Of a stretch of 64,000 bases of DNA, positions 10,052-18,869 are shown piece after piece. Made by a program: the position numbers and the translations under genes. How positions within the stretch are numbered: position 1 is the stretch's first letter; every line of letters begins with the position of its first letter. The DNA is taken from positions 64,001 through 128,000 of the forward strand of contig JBBFKW010000003.1 in assembly GCA_037481835.1 (NCBI GenBank), read 5' to 3'. Source of the stretch: Desulfosoma sp. (GTDB lineage Bacteria > Desulfobacterota > Syntrophobacteria > Syntrophobacterales > DSM-9756). The notes beneath the pieces are model-generated. The model was not told where the DNA came from and did not search any database. It worked only from the letters and a program-made list of their open reading frames with translations.

Positions 10052-11788
10052 CTACCAGTTGAAGACTTTGTCCAGTTCTTCATCCGGGACGTCAAAGACG
10101 ACGTTGTGGGGCGGCAGGGCTTCTTTCTTGAAATAATCGGGCAGTCGGTCGTCCTTGGACGTGAAGCCCGCCCGCAGATTGAAGTCCCTTTCCATGGACA
10201 GGACCTTCTTGCCCAGGGCGGCCACATCGTCTGCGGTCATGTTGAGCCCGTAGAAGGCGTTGATCATGTCCACCAGGGCCTGGAACGTGTCAGGTTGATC
10301 GAGGAGGGCGAAGGCGATGAACAGGCACATGCCGGTGGAGTCGATGGCGGCCGTGGCGATTTGGAGATTGCGCGACAGCTCCACCTGACCCTGGGGCGAC
10401 AGGGGATCCACATCCCCGCCCACTTTGAGGATGTTGGTGGCCACAGCGTATCCCGCCGTGTGATCCGCCCCCATGGTGCTGGTGGCGTAGGTGACCCCGA
10501 TACCCTTGACGGCCCGCGGGTCGTAGGCGGGCATGGCTTGGCCCTTCACCACGGGGACGCGTTCCACACCGAAGACTTTGCCGGTTACGGCCGCGCCGCT
10601 TCCCAGGATGCGGCCGAGGGGCGTGCCTTTGCCCACTTCCTTGACGAGTTCGATGGCCGCCTGGGCATCGCCGAACTTGGCCAGGCCGGCTTCCATGGCC
10701 ACACCGATGGTGGCTCCCATTTCGATGGTGTCGAGGCCGATGTCATCGTCAAGGAAATCGATTTGAGCGATGGCGTCCAGATCGTCGATGCCGCAGTTTC
10801 CCCCGTGGGCCCACACGGTTTCGTATTCCGGCTGCTTGCTGATGTAGTTGCCGTCTTTGTCCACGTAGATGCCCGAACAGCGAATGACACAGCCCCGATG
10901 ACAGCCGTGGGTGGGATTGCCGCCCCGGGCCTTTTCCGTTTCCGCCTGGGTTTCCCCGCTGATCTTGGCGGCTCCGGCGAACCGGCCCTCCTTGAAATTG
11001 TACGTCGGGTACGCCCCCGCTTCGTTGATGACGTTAGTGAGCACATTGGTCCCGTAGGCAGGGAGCCCCTGGCCTGTCACGGGGTGGCGCCTCAGACCTT
11101 CCACGAAGCGTTTGTTGGCGTCCTTGAATTTTTCCGGATCCTTGGGCGAGCGCATCTTGACGCCGGTGTCGTCGAGCACGATGAGCTTGACGCCTTTGGA
11201 CCCCATGACGGCACCCACGCCGCCCCGGCCCGCATGGCGCGTAGGACGAAGCTCGGGATCCGTGCAGGCCACCGAGGCCCCTGCCAGTTTCATCTCGCCC
11301 GCCTGGCCGATGGAGATGCAGGCGATCTTGTCGCCGTATTCCTCCTTGGCTTTTTCCACGGTCTTGTAGTTGCCGAGCCCTTTGAGGTCGTTGGCCGGAA
11401 GAACCTTCACGCCTTCTTGATTGATGACGATCTTGTAGAGCGTGTCATCCTTGGGCTTGCCTTCCAGGACGATGGCGGCGTAGCCCAGTCGCCCGAGCAC
11501 CTGGGCGGGTTGACCGCCGGCATTGGCTTCCTTGATGCCTCCCGTAAGGGGGCTCTTGCAGCCCACGGATATCCGCCCCGTCATGGCCCCCGTGGTGCCA
11601 CTCAAGAGCCCCGGCGCGATGACCAGCTTGTTTTCGGCACTCAGGGGATGGCACGTGGGCGGCACCTCCTTGGACACGATGGCCGACGTCATGGCCCGGC
11701 CGCCCAAACCCGCGTACTCTCCCAGAGGTTCCACGCGCACCTTGGGCCCGCCGTCCGCTCCCATATCCACGCGCAAGATCTTATCCAT
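10052..11788 (-). CDS. aor: Aldehyde:ferredoxin oxidoreductase (W/Mo-pterin AOR family)
   Basis: MDKILRVD, KSPLTGGIKEANAGG, GRGGVGAVMGSKGVK, CxxGCxxxC, PEYET, DDIGLDTI, YDPR motifs. Confidence 0.95.
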   Translation of the reverse strand: MDKILRVDMGADGGPKVRVEPLGEYAGLGGRAMTSAIVSKEVPPTCHPLSAENKLVIAPGLLSGTTGAMTGRISVGCKSPLTGGIKEANAGGQPAQVLGRLGYAAIVLEGKPKDDTLYKIVINQEGVKVLPANDLKGLGNYKTVEKAKEEYGDKIACISIGQAGEMKLAGASVACTDPELRPTRHAGRGGVGAVMGSKGVKLIVLDDTGVKMRSPKDPEKFKDANKRFVEGLRRHPVTGQGLPAYGTNVLTNVINEAGAYPTYNFKEGRFAGAAKISGETQAETEKARGGNPTHGCHRGCVIRCSGIYVDKDGNYISKQPEYETVWAHGGNCGIDDLDAIAQIDFLDDDIGLDTIEMGATIGVAMEAGLAKFGDAQAAIELVKEVGKGTPLGRILGSGAAVTGKVFGVERVPVVKGQAMPAYDPRAVKGIGVTYATSTMGADHTAGYAVATNILKVGGDVDPLSPQGQVELSRNLQIATAAIDSTGMCLFIAFALLDQPDTFQALVDMINAFYGLNMTADDVAALGKKVLSMERDFNLRAGFTSKDDRLPDYFKKEALPPHNVVFDVPDEELDKVFNW

Positions 11789-12080
11789 AGCTTTCTCTCC
11801 TCCTTGTCAGTTCACGAAGCCCTTCCTCGATTTCTTCGGGCCGATAGCCCACAACCACCCGATCGCCCAAAACCAGCGTGGGAAACGTGCACGCCGGATT
11901 CTTCCGCTTCAGGGCATCCAGGGCCAGGGATCGTTCCTCCCCGGTCAAGAGGTCCACGTGATGGATTTCAAAGGAAACGCCGCGATCGTGCAAATACTCC
12001 TTGAGGCGCCGGCAATGGGGACAGGTGAGCAGCGCATAGAGGACCACTTCCGGACGGCCGTTGCGCATTGCATCCAACAT
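11781..12080 (-). CDS. Glutaredoxin/NrdH-like redoxin
   Basis: TCPHC, TFPTLV, VVGY; GGAGGT RBS before ATG 12080; stop overlaps the aor start. Confidence 0.85.
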   Translation of the reverse strand: MLDAMRNGRPEVVLYALLTCPHCRRLKEYLHDRGVSFEIHHVDLLTGEERSLALDALKRKNPACTFPTLVLGDRVVVGYRPEEIEEGLRELTRRRESYG

Positions 12081-12354
12081 GAGAACACCTCCTTCGGCAG
12101 CGCCCGTGCATCGCTCCACGAGGGTTCCCGCCGTCTTTTTCCCCTCATGCTTGTCTTTCAAATCATATTTTCCTTCGCCTGTAAAGATTTGTGCGAAAGC
12201 TTCCGGTTCGGGACATCGGCCCGTGACAAGACGACATCCCCGGTCCTTGGGGGAAGGGGGACCGGGGATGCGGTCAAGGCGCGCCGGCGGAGGCTTGATC
12301 GGGTGTGATGACAGCGTGAACGGGGAAAGCCGGCGCGCGGGGCGGCTCCACTTC

Positions 12355-13521
12355 TTAAAGAGCGTTCTTGTAGATTTGGATGACGTCCTCAAGCGTCGGG
12401 CATCGAGGATTGGTCAAGCCGCAGGCGTCCTTCTGGGCGTTTTGGGCCATAATGGGAATGTCTTGCTCCTTCACGCCCAGTTCGCTCAAACCGCGAGGGA
12501 TTCCCACGTCCCGGGATAGGGTGACGATGGCTTCCAAAGCCCTTTCTGCAGCGCATCGCGTGGACAGCCCGGCGATGTTTTCCCCCAAGGCCACGGCGAT
12601 ATCGGCAAACCGCTCCATTTTGGCGATCATGTTGAAACGTTCCACGTGGGGGAGCAAGATGGCGTTGCAGACTCCGTGAGGCAGATCGTAAAAGCCGCCC
12701 AGCTGGTGCGCCATGGCGTGGACATGGCCCAGGCTCGCGTTGTTGAAAGCCATGCCGGCCAGATATTCCGCGTAAGCCATTTTGTCCCGCGCTTCCACAT
12801 CGGCCCCGTTGGCCACCGCGGCCCGAAGATTTTCCGCGATGAGTTCGATGGCCTTCAGCGCACAAGCGTCGGTGACAGGGGTGGCGATGGTGGACACGTA
12901 GGCCTCCACGGCGTGAGTGAGGGCATCCATGCCTGTGGCGGCGGTGAGGGCGGGGGGCATGCCCATCATGAGCAAGGGGTCGTTGATAGCCACGTTGGGA
13001 GTGACCCTCCAGTCCACAATGGCCATTTTCACCTTGGTGTCCGTGTTGGTGATGATACAAAAACGGGTCATTTCACTGGCCGTGCCGGCCGTCGTATTCA
13101 CGGCGATGAAGGGCGGCATGGCCTTGGAGGACTTGTCGATGCCTTCGTAATCGCGGATGTGGCCCCCGTTGGTCGCCACGATGCCGATACCCTTGGCGCA
13201 GTCGTGGGCGCTGCCGCCGCCAAGGGAAATGATCAGATCGCAGCGGTTGTCCTGATAGACCTTCAGGCCGTCATGGACATTGACGTCCGTCGGGTTGGGG
13301 ACGGTCTCATCGAAGACCACCACATCCAATCCCGTGTCCTTCTTGATAAGCTTGATGATTTCATCCGCGATGCCCGCAGACACGATCCCCTTGTCCGTGC
13401 ACAAGAAGGGCTTTTTCCCGCCCAAGACCTGGATTTGACGGCCGATTTCCTTGTGCGCTCCAATGCCCATCAAGGTGACCGTGGGAATGAAAAACCCGTA
13501 GACCTGCTCTCTCACCGCCAT
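12355..13521 (-). CDS. adh: Iron-containing (group III) alcohol dehydrogenase
   Basis: GGGSAHDCAK, NTTAGTASE, DALTHAVEAY, HVHAMAHQLG, PHGVCNA. Confidence 0.95.
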   Translation of the reverse strand: MAVREQVYGFFIPTVTLMGIGAHKEIGRQIQVLGGKKPFLCTDKGIVSAGIADEIIKLIKKDTGLDVVVFDETVPNPTDVNVHDGLKVYQDNRCDLIISLGGGSAHDCAKGIGIVATNGGHIRDYEGIDKSSKAMPPFIAVNTTAGTASEMTRFCIITNTDTKVKMAIVDWRVTPNVAINDPLLMMGMPPALTAATGMDALTHAVEAYVSTIATPVTDACALKAIELIAENLRAAVANGADVEARDKMAYAEYLAGMAFNNASLGHVHAMAHQLGGFYDLPHGVCNAILLPHVERFNMIAKMERFADIAVALGENIAGLSTRCAAERALEAIVTLSRDVGIPRGLSELGVKEQDIPIMAQNAQKDACGLTNPRCPTLEDVIQIYKNAL

Positions 13522-13598
13522 GACTGACCTCCTTACCCATATGTCGATCCTGAAAAGTCCCTGCGCCCTTCCCTATGAAGGCGCGCACAAACCCCAGG

Positions 13599-13615
13599 AT
13601 CAATTTCGGTGCCAG
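13599..13615 (-). promoter_or_regulatory. Sigma54 -24/-12 promoter of adh
   Basis: Minus strand CTGGCACCGAAATTGAT (TGGCAC-N5-TTGA), about 80 nt upstream of the adh start. Confidence 0.7.
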
Positions 13616-13773
13616 TCCGAAAAACAAGGAGATAACAATAGATTCGATCGCCGAAGGGTCGAAGCGCCCCCCTGGATTGGGTCTTTTCGCCGCACGCCCG
13701 AACCTCCCCAAGGGGCACGGCGAGTCGGATAAACGCAGGGTAGTAAAGGCATAGAAAAGAGGAAAGCTCTCTA

Positions 13774-13821
13774 TGGGGCGTTTTGTCCCCTGGTCATGCC
13801 CTTGTGGGTCACAACGACACA
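13774..13821. promoter_or_regulatory. Two candidate enhancer (UAS) sites for the adjacent sigma54 regulator
   Basis: Imperfect palindromes TGGGGCGTTTTGTCCCC (13774-13790) and TGGGTCACAACGACACA (13805-13821), 12/17 identical when one is inverted, 160-205 nt upstream of the promoter. Confidence 0.5.
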
Positions 13822-13849
13822 TTGAGAGCCGTGGGCACGATGGGCGGGT

Positions 13850-15193
13850 TTATTCTTCCAGACCGTAGGCTTTAATCTTGCGGTAGAGGGTCTTTCGACT
13901 GATCCCGAGCGCCCGTGCCGCGTCGCTTCGATTCCCGGAAAAGAGGGCCAAGGCCTTTTGAATGTGCAGGCGTTCCACCTCGTGAAGAGGGAGGCATCTG
14001 CGTGGATCGGCCCCGTATGGCCGTAGGTCGCCCGTCAGTTCCCGAGGCAGGCTGTGGGGCAGGATCACGGTGCTTTCCGAAAGGATTATGCACCGTTCCA
14101 GCACGTTTCGCAGTTCTCGAACATTGCCGGGCCAGTCGTAGGCCATGAGATGCACCAAAGTTTCGTCGGCAAGACGGTAAGGATGAGCCGGGGGACTCAA
14201 AAGGCCGAGGAGGTGCTCCACAAGGACCGGGATGTCCTCCCGCCGTTCCCGAAGTGGCGGCAAATGAAGGTGAAAGACGTTGAGTCGATGGTACAGGGCT
14301 TCATGGAATCGGCCCGCCCGCATCTCCGCCGAAAGGTCCCGATGGGTCGCGAAAAGAAAGCGCACATCCACGCTGCGCTCCTGCTGTTCGCCCACGCGCC
14401 GAAACTTCTTGGTTTCCAGCAAGCGCAGCAGCGCGCCCTGGAGTTCCAGGGGCATGTCCCCGATTTCGTCAAGGAAGAGGGTCCCGCCTTCCGCCAAACT
14501 CACGAGACCCTCCCGGGTTTCCAGCGCCCCAGTAAAAGCCCCCTTCACGTATCCGAAAAGTTCGCTGCGCAAAAGATCCTTTTGCAGAGACGCACAGTTC
14601 TTGACGATGAAAGGCCCCTTGGCGCGCCCGCTCAGGGCATGGATGTTCCGGGCCGCCACGTCCTTCCCCGTGCCCGATTCCCCCGTAATGAGTACCGAGG
14701 TGTCATGGGGGGCCACTTTTTCGATGAGCTTGATAATGCGGCGTATCGCCTCGGAACGGCCGACGAGCCGTGGGGCCTCGGCGCCTTTTTGTCCCTCGAG
14801 CAGCCGTCGGTTATGTTTTTTGAGGCACACCCGTTCATAGGCTTTGTCCAAGACCACATCCAGCCGTTCCAGGTTGAAAGGCTTGGTAATGTAGTCGTAG
14901 GCGCCCATTTTCATGGCCTTAAGGGCGCTTTCCACGGTCCCGTAGCCGGTGATCATGATGACTTCGGCGTCGGGGAGTTTTTCCTTCAGGGAATTCAAAA
15001 GATCCAGCCCGTCGCCGTCCGGGAGGCGAATGTCGGCGACGATCACGTCGAAGGTTTCGCGATCTGCCATGGCCAAAGCGGCGACCGCGCTTTCCGCCGT
15101 GGCGATGTGACGGTGTGGAGCGGCCAATTCCCTTTCCGCAAGTTTGCGGATGGATGCTTCGTCGTCGATGACAAGAACGCGCATGGGAGTCAT
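13850..15193 (-). CDS. NtrC-family sigma54-dependent response regulator
   Basis: Receiver (VIDDE, ADIRLPD, ITKPF), GESGTGKD, GAFTGA, HTH GISRKTLYRK. Confidence 0.95.
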   Translation of the reverse strand: MTPMRVLVIDDEASIRKLAERELAAPHRHIATAESAVAALAMADRETFDVIVADIRLPDGDGLDLLNSLKEKLPDAEVIMITGYGTVESALKAMKMGAYDYITKPFNLERLDVVLDKAYERVCLKKHNRRLLEGQKGAEAPRLVGRSEAIRRIIKLIEKVAPHDTSVLITGESGTGKDVAARNIHALSGRAKGPFIVKNCASLQKDLLRSELFGYVKGAFTGALETREGLVSLAEGGTLFLDEIGDMPLELQGALLRLLETKKFRRVGEQQERSVDVRFLFATHRDLSAEMRAGRFHEALYHRLNVFHLHLPPLRERREDIPVLVEHLLGLLSPPAHPYRLADETLVHLMAYDWPGNVRELRNVLERCIILSESTVILPHSLPRELTGDLRPYGADPRRCLPLHEVERLHIQKALALFSGNRSDAARALGISRKTLYRKIKAYGLEE

Positions 15194-16383
15194 GACATCT
15201 TCCCGAAAACGACTCGAAAGACGGATCCTTCCCCCTGTCGGCTTTCCACTTCGATGGAGGCGTCATGGGCTTGGGCGATGGTATAGCACATGGACAGGCC
15301 CATACCCGTGCCGCGACCGACGGGTTTGGTGGTGAAGAACGGATCGAAGATTTTGTCGAGATCCTTGGGGGCGATGCCACAGCCCGTGTCCCGGACTTCA
15401 AGGAACACGTGGTCTTCCCCGCGGATTCCCGTGCGTACGGTGATCGTCCCCTTCGTGTCGGCCACGGCGTCAATGGCGTTGAGCAGCAGGTTGAGCAGGA
15501 GCTGCTTGATTTCGGAAGGCGTCCCGCGAATGGGGGGCAGATTGGGTGCGCATTCCTGGTGTAGGCCGATGTGGGGATATTCTTTGAGTTTGTGCCGAAT
15601 CAAGCGCACCGTGTCCTGGACGCAGCCGTTCAAGTCCACTGCGATCATGGTCCCTGAATGGGGGCGACTAAAGCTGAGGAGGCCCTGGACGATCTCCTGG
15701 CACCGGGCGCATTCGTCCAGGATGATCCCCATGTATTCTTCCAAGTCGGATCCAAAGTCTTCAGGGAGCCGATCCCGGACTTCAGGCAGCCGCTTTTTGA
15801 TGGCCTGAGCAAAGCCCAGGATGGCTGTCAGGGGATTGTTGATTTCGTGGGCCACGCCCGCAGCCAACAACCCGACCGTGGACATCTTTTCCGCGTGGTT
15901 CAACTTCGCCTGGTATTCGCGCTCGAGGGTGACGTCCCTTTTCAAGAGGAGGACATGGCAAGGGCGTCCTTGGGAATCCCTGAGGGGCGACGCCGTGATC
16001 TCAAAATGACGGGTCACGTCCCCCACCTTGTAGATGTGTTCCTGGCGGCACAGCCGGTTGGTGCGGAAGGCGATTTCCGCAGGACAGGGGCGGCACGGTT
16101 CTTCCTGCTTTCGAAATACCCTGTAACACGCCCGTCCCACGGGGGAGCTTTCTCCAAAGACGTCGTAATACACCCGATTGACGGAAGTAATGCGTCCTTT
16201 CGGCGTGATGACCGCCATAATGTCGGTGATGCCGTCCAGAATGGCTTGGATTTGCTGCCGCCGGCGCTCCAGTTCCACCGTGGAAGCGTGCAGCTGGGCG
16301 ATCTTTTCTTGGGCTTCTCGAAAAAAGCCCAGCTTGGAATATTCGATGCCGATGAGGTCTTCCAGCTTGGGAGGGGGTTTCAT
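15190..16383 (-). CDS. Cytoplasmic PAS sensor histidine kinase
   Basis: Start MKPPPKLEDL at 16383; AHEINNPL H-box, NLLLNAIDA, DTGCGI, FDPFFTTK, GTGMGL. Confidence 0.93.
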   Translation of the reverse strand: MKPPPKLEDLIGIEYSKLGFFREAQEKIAQLHASTVELERRRQQIQAILDGITDIMAVITPKGRITSVNRVYYDVFGESSPVGRACYRVFRKQEEPCRPCPAEIAFRTNRLCRQEHIYKVGDVTRHFEITASPLRDSQGRPCHVLLLKRDVTLEREYQAKLNHAEKMSTVGLLAAGVAHEINNPLTAILGFAQAIKKRLPEVRDRLPEDFGSDLEEYMGIILDECARCQEIVQGLLSFSRPHSGTMIAVDLNGCVQDTVRLIRHKLKEYPHIGLHQECAPNLPPIRGTPSEIKQLLLNLLLNAIDAVADTKGTITVRTGIRGEDHVFLEVRDTGCGIAPKDLDKIFDPFFTTKPVGRGTGMGLSMCYTIAQAHDASIEVESRQGEGSVFRVVFGKMS

Positions 16384-17525
16384 CACCAAGCCTCCTCGCA
16401 GATGGACAAGAGATCCTCCCACGTGGCGGGTCTCGGGTTGGTGAGAAGGCACGCATCCTGGGCGGCCATGCGACATACCGTGGGCAGTTGGTCTCTGTCG
16501 GGGACCAGGTCGCGCAGGCGATGTTTCATGCCCAGAGAATGGAACAGGCTTCCCAGGTTTTCGATGCCCGCAAGAGCCGCCGCCCGCTCGTTGCGCCACT
16601 TTTTCCCGGTAAGAATTTTTCCGATTTGAGCCAATTTGGGCAAGGCATGGTCCAAGTTGAATCGCATCACGGCCGGCAGCAGCACCGAATGGACCTCGCC
16701 GTGGAGGATGTCGAACATGCCGCCCAGGGAATGGGCCAGAGCATGGTCCGCCCCCAAACTGGCGTTGCTGAAAGCCATGCCTGCCGCCGTGCTCGCGATG
16801 CTCAAGGGCTCCAAGACGTCCAGGGATGGTTCCTGGGCCGCTTGAGGCAGATGCGCGGCAATGATTTCGATGGCCTTGAGGGATTGCAGTTCGGTGAAAG
16901 GGGAGGCGATGACGGACACGTAAGATTCCACGGCATGGGCCAAGGCGTCGACGGCGGCGGCCAAGACGAGATGCTGGGGCTTGGTGACCAATAGCACCGG
17001 ATCGATGATGGAAATGTTGGGCACCAGGGTGCGGCTGACGATGGTCATTTTGAGACGCCGGCGCGTATCGGTGATGATGGCGAACTGCGATATGTCGGAT
17101 CCGCTTCCCGCCGTGGAAGGCAAAAAGACCATGGGAGGCAAGGGCCGGTGAATCCGGTTGGCTCCTTCGTAGTCGTGAATGGATCCGCCGTTTCCGGCCA
17201 CAATGGCGATCCCTTTGGCGGCGTCCATGGGACTGCCGCCCCCCAGGGCGATGATCACATCGGCCTTCTGTTCGGCATAGAACAAAGCGCCGTGGGCCAC
17301 CTGGGTGTCTCGGGGGTTGGAGACCACATCTTCGAAGTAGCACCATTGCAAGCCTTCCGCCGCAAGGACGTCGAAAAGGCGTGAGACCCACCCGGCTTCG
17401 CGAAGTCCGGGATCGCTCACCACCAAGGGCTTTTCAGCCCCGAGCCTTTTGGCGCAGAGCCCGGCGTATTTCAACGCGCCGCGCCCGAAGATGATTTCGG
17501 GAATGGAAAACTTGACGATGTCCAT
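16383..17525 (-). CDS. Iron-ADH-family protein, probably regulatory (ErcA-like), coupled to the kinase
   Basis: GGGSPMD, DALAHAVESY, HALAHSLG, HGEVH; stop overlaps the kinase start. Confidence 0.85.
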   Translation of the reverse strand: MDIVKFSIPEIIFGRGALKYAGLCAKRLGAEKPLVVSDPGLREAGWVSRLFDVLAAEGLQWCYFEDVVSNPRDTQVAHGALFYAEQKADVIIALGGGSPMDAAKGIAIVAGNGGSIHDYEGANRIHRPLPPMVFLPSTAGSGSDISQFAIITDTRRRLKMTIVSRTLVPNISIIDPVLLVTKPQHLVLAAAVDALAHAVESYVSVIASPFTELQSLKAIEIIAAHLPQAAQEPSLDVLEPLSIASTAAGMAFSNASLGADHALAHSLGGMFDILHGEVHSVLLPAVMRFNLDHALPKLAQIGKILTGKKWRNERAAALAGIENLGSLFHSLGMKHRLRDLVPDRDQLPTVCRMAAQDACLLTNPRPATWEDLLSICEEAW

Positions 17526-17534
17526 GACGTGTCC

Positions 17535-18869
17535 TCATGAGTCCTTGTGGTCGTGCCGGGGCCCTGCCGTTTCATAGTATCGCCGGTAGAGCACGGCATT
17601 GGAAACCCCCAGGAAGTGGGCAAACAGGGTGGCGTGATTGCGGAGCGACGTCTTGAGCAGGCCTCCGGCGAGGTAACGGCGTGGAGAGGTCGGCAACGCA
17701 TCGGGAACGACGAGGAGCCGGCCCAGGGGTCGGCACGAGCGCACAAAGTCCACATCTTCCATGAGATAGGGCCGGCGGAAGCCTCCGACCGCATCAAAGG
17801 TATCCCTGCGGCAGAACATGCCTTGGTCGCCGTAGGGCAAACGAAACAGACGCGTTCTCAAATTGGCCCAGGCCGCGATGGCGTTCAGAGCGCGGTTGGT
17901 AGGGGAGAAAGCCAGGCGGAAACAACCCAAGGCGAAACGTTCGTCCCGGGCGATGGTTCGCACCTGGTAGGCCGCCGCAAAATTGGGAAGACAATCGTCG
18001 TGGAGAAACCAGAGAATCCTCCCGGGGCTCACTCGGACTCCGGCATTCATCTGCAGCCCGCGTCCCAGAGCGCTTTCGACCCACACAAGGCCGTTTGCCC
18101 GTTTGTTTTCCGAAAGGGGCGGCGAGGATGAGCCGTGGACGACGCACAGGGTATCCTGGGGCCAGAGGATCCCCTGGAGGGTCTGCAGCCACGGGCGCAG
18201 CGCCGCCCTGGGTGCCGTCGTGGGAACAATGACGGAGACGGGGTTCGAAAACGCCCAGTGGCGGTCCAGACAAGAAAGATCGTCCGGGCGGTCGATATCG
18301 GTCCGGACGGGCAAAAGGGCGGGAGGGAGGCCGAGGCGTTCCAGGGACGTTCGGGTTCGTTCAAAGACATCGGCCGTTCCCCAGGAAGGGGAGGTGAAAA
18401 TGGGCGGACACGGCCGACGAAGCCCGATGGCGTAAAAACCGCCGTCCCGGGCCGGGCCCAGCACGGCGTCCCGGTAATGCAAGCTTTGGAAGGCGTTTCG
18501 AAGATCCTTCGCGCTGAGATCGCAAAGATCGGATCCCACGAGAACGACCGTGCCGTAGCCTCGATGGAAAAGTTCTTGAAAGGCTTCGGCCATGCGTCGG
18601 CCCAGGTGTTCCCCCTTTTGGGCAACGACCGGCCACGGGACGCCGAAACGCCGGCGGAAGGCTTCGAGGTGTTCCTCCGCGCTTACGGCCACAAAGACGG
18701 CCGTGTCCGGGCAGAGCCGGCAAAAATCATGGACGACGCCCAAGGTGTAGCGAAGGAGCTTTTCGTAAAGGTCGCAGGCCGCTTGCGCGCCCAGGTCCGG
18801 CACCAGCCGTGTCTTGACCTTTCCCGGTTCGGGGTGGCGCGCGAAAACGATGAGGGCTTTTCGATCCAT
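17535..18869 (-). CDS. Fusion of DUF2064/TIGR04282-like and TIGR04283-like (GT2) glycosyltransferases
   Basis: N-terminal FARHPEPGKVKTRL, LVGSD, LGPARDGGFY, DIDRPDD; C-terminal GRGLQMNAG, FLHDD, PYGDQG, LMEDV, TSPRR. Confidence 0.85.
   Translation of the reverse strand: MDRKALIVFARHPEPGKVKTRLVPDLGAQAACDLYEKLLRYTLGVVHDFCRLCPDTAVFVAVSAEEHLEAFRRRFGVPWPVVAQKGEHLGRRMAEAFQELFHRGYGTVVLVGSDLCDLSAKDLRNAFQSLHYRDAVLGPARDGGFYAIGLRRPCPPIFTSPSWGTADVFERTRTSLERLGLPPALLPVRTDIDRPDDLSCLDRHWAFSNPVSVIVPTTAPRAALRPWLQTLQGILWPQDTLCVVHGSSSPPLSENKRANGLVWVESALGRGLQMNAGVRVSPGRILWFLHDDCLPNFAAAYQVRTIARDERFALGCFRLAFSPTNRALNAIAAWANLRTRLFRLPYGDQGMFCRRDTFDAVGGFRRPYLMEDVDFVRSCRPLGRLLVVPDALPTSPRRYLAGGLLKTSLRNHATLFAHFLGVSNAVLYRRYYETAGPRHDHKDS

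Noticed and set aside
9696..10136. 146-aa ORF and similar ORFs at 34092-34376 and 57218-57781
   Set aside because: These are translations of REP palindromes (LLGFAALTPTY, VGWGERSEPQ), not genes
10106..12004. Long antisense ORFs (also 4810-6303, 24736-26472, 35539-37347, 44536-46083, 61312-62949)
   Set aside because: Shadow ORFs opposite well-supported genes, expected from high GC3 codon bias; no motifs
16384..17391. N-terminal extension of the 733-aa kinase ORF
   Set aside because: It overlaps the Fe-ADH-like gene in another frame; the real kinase starts at 16383
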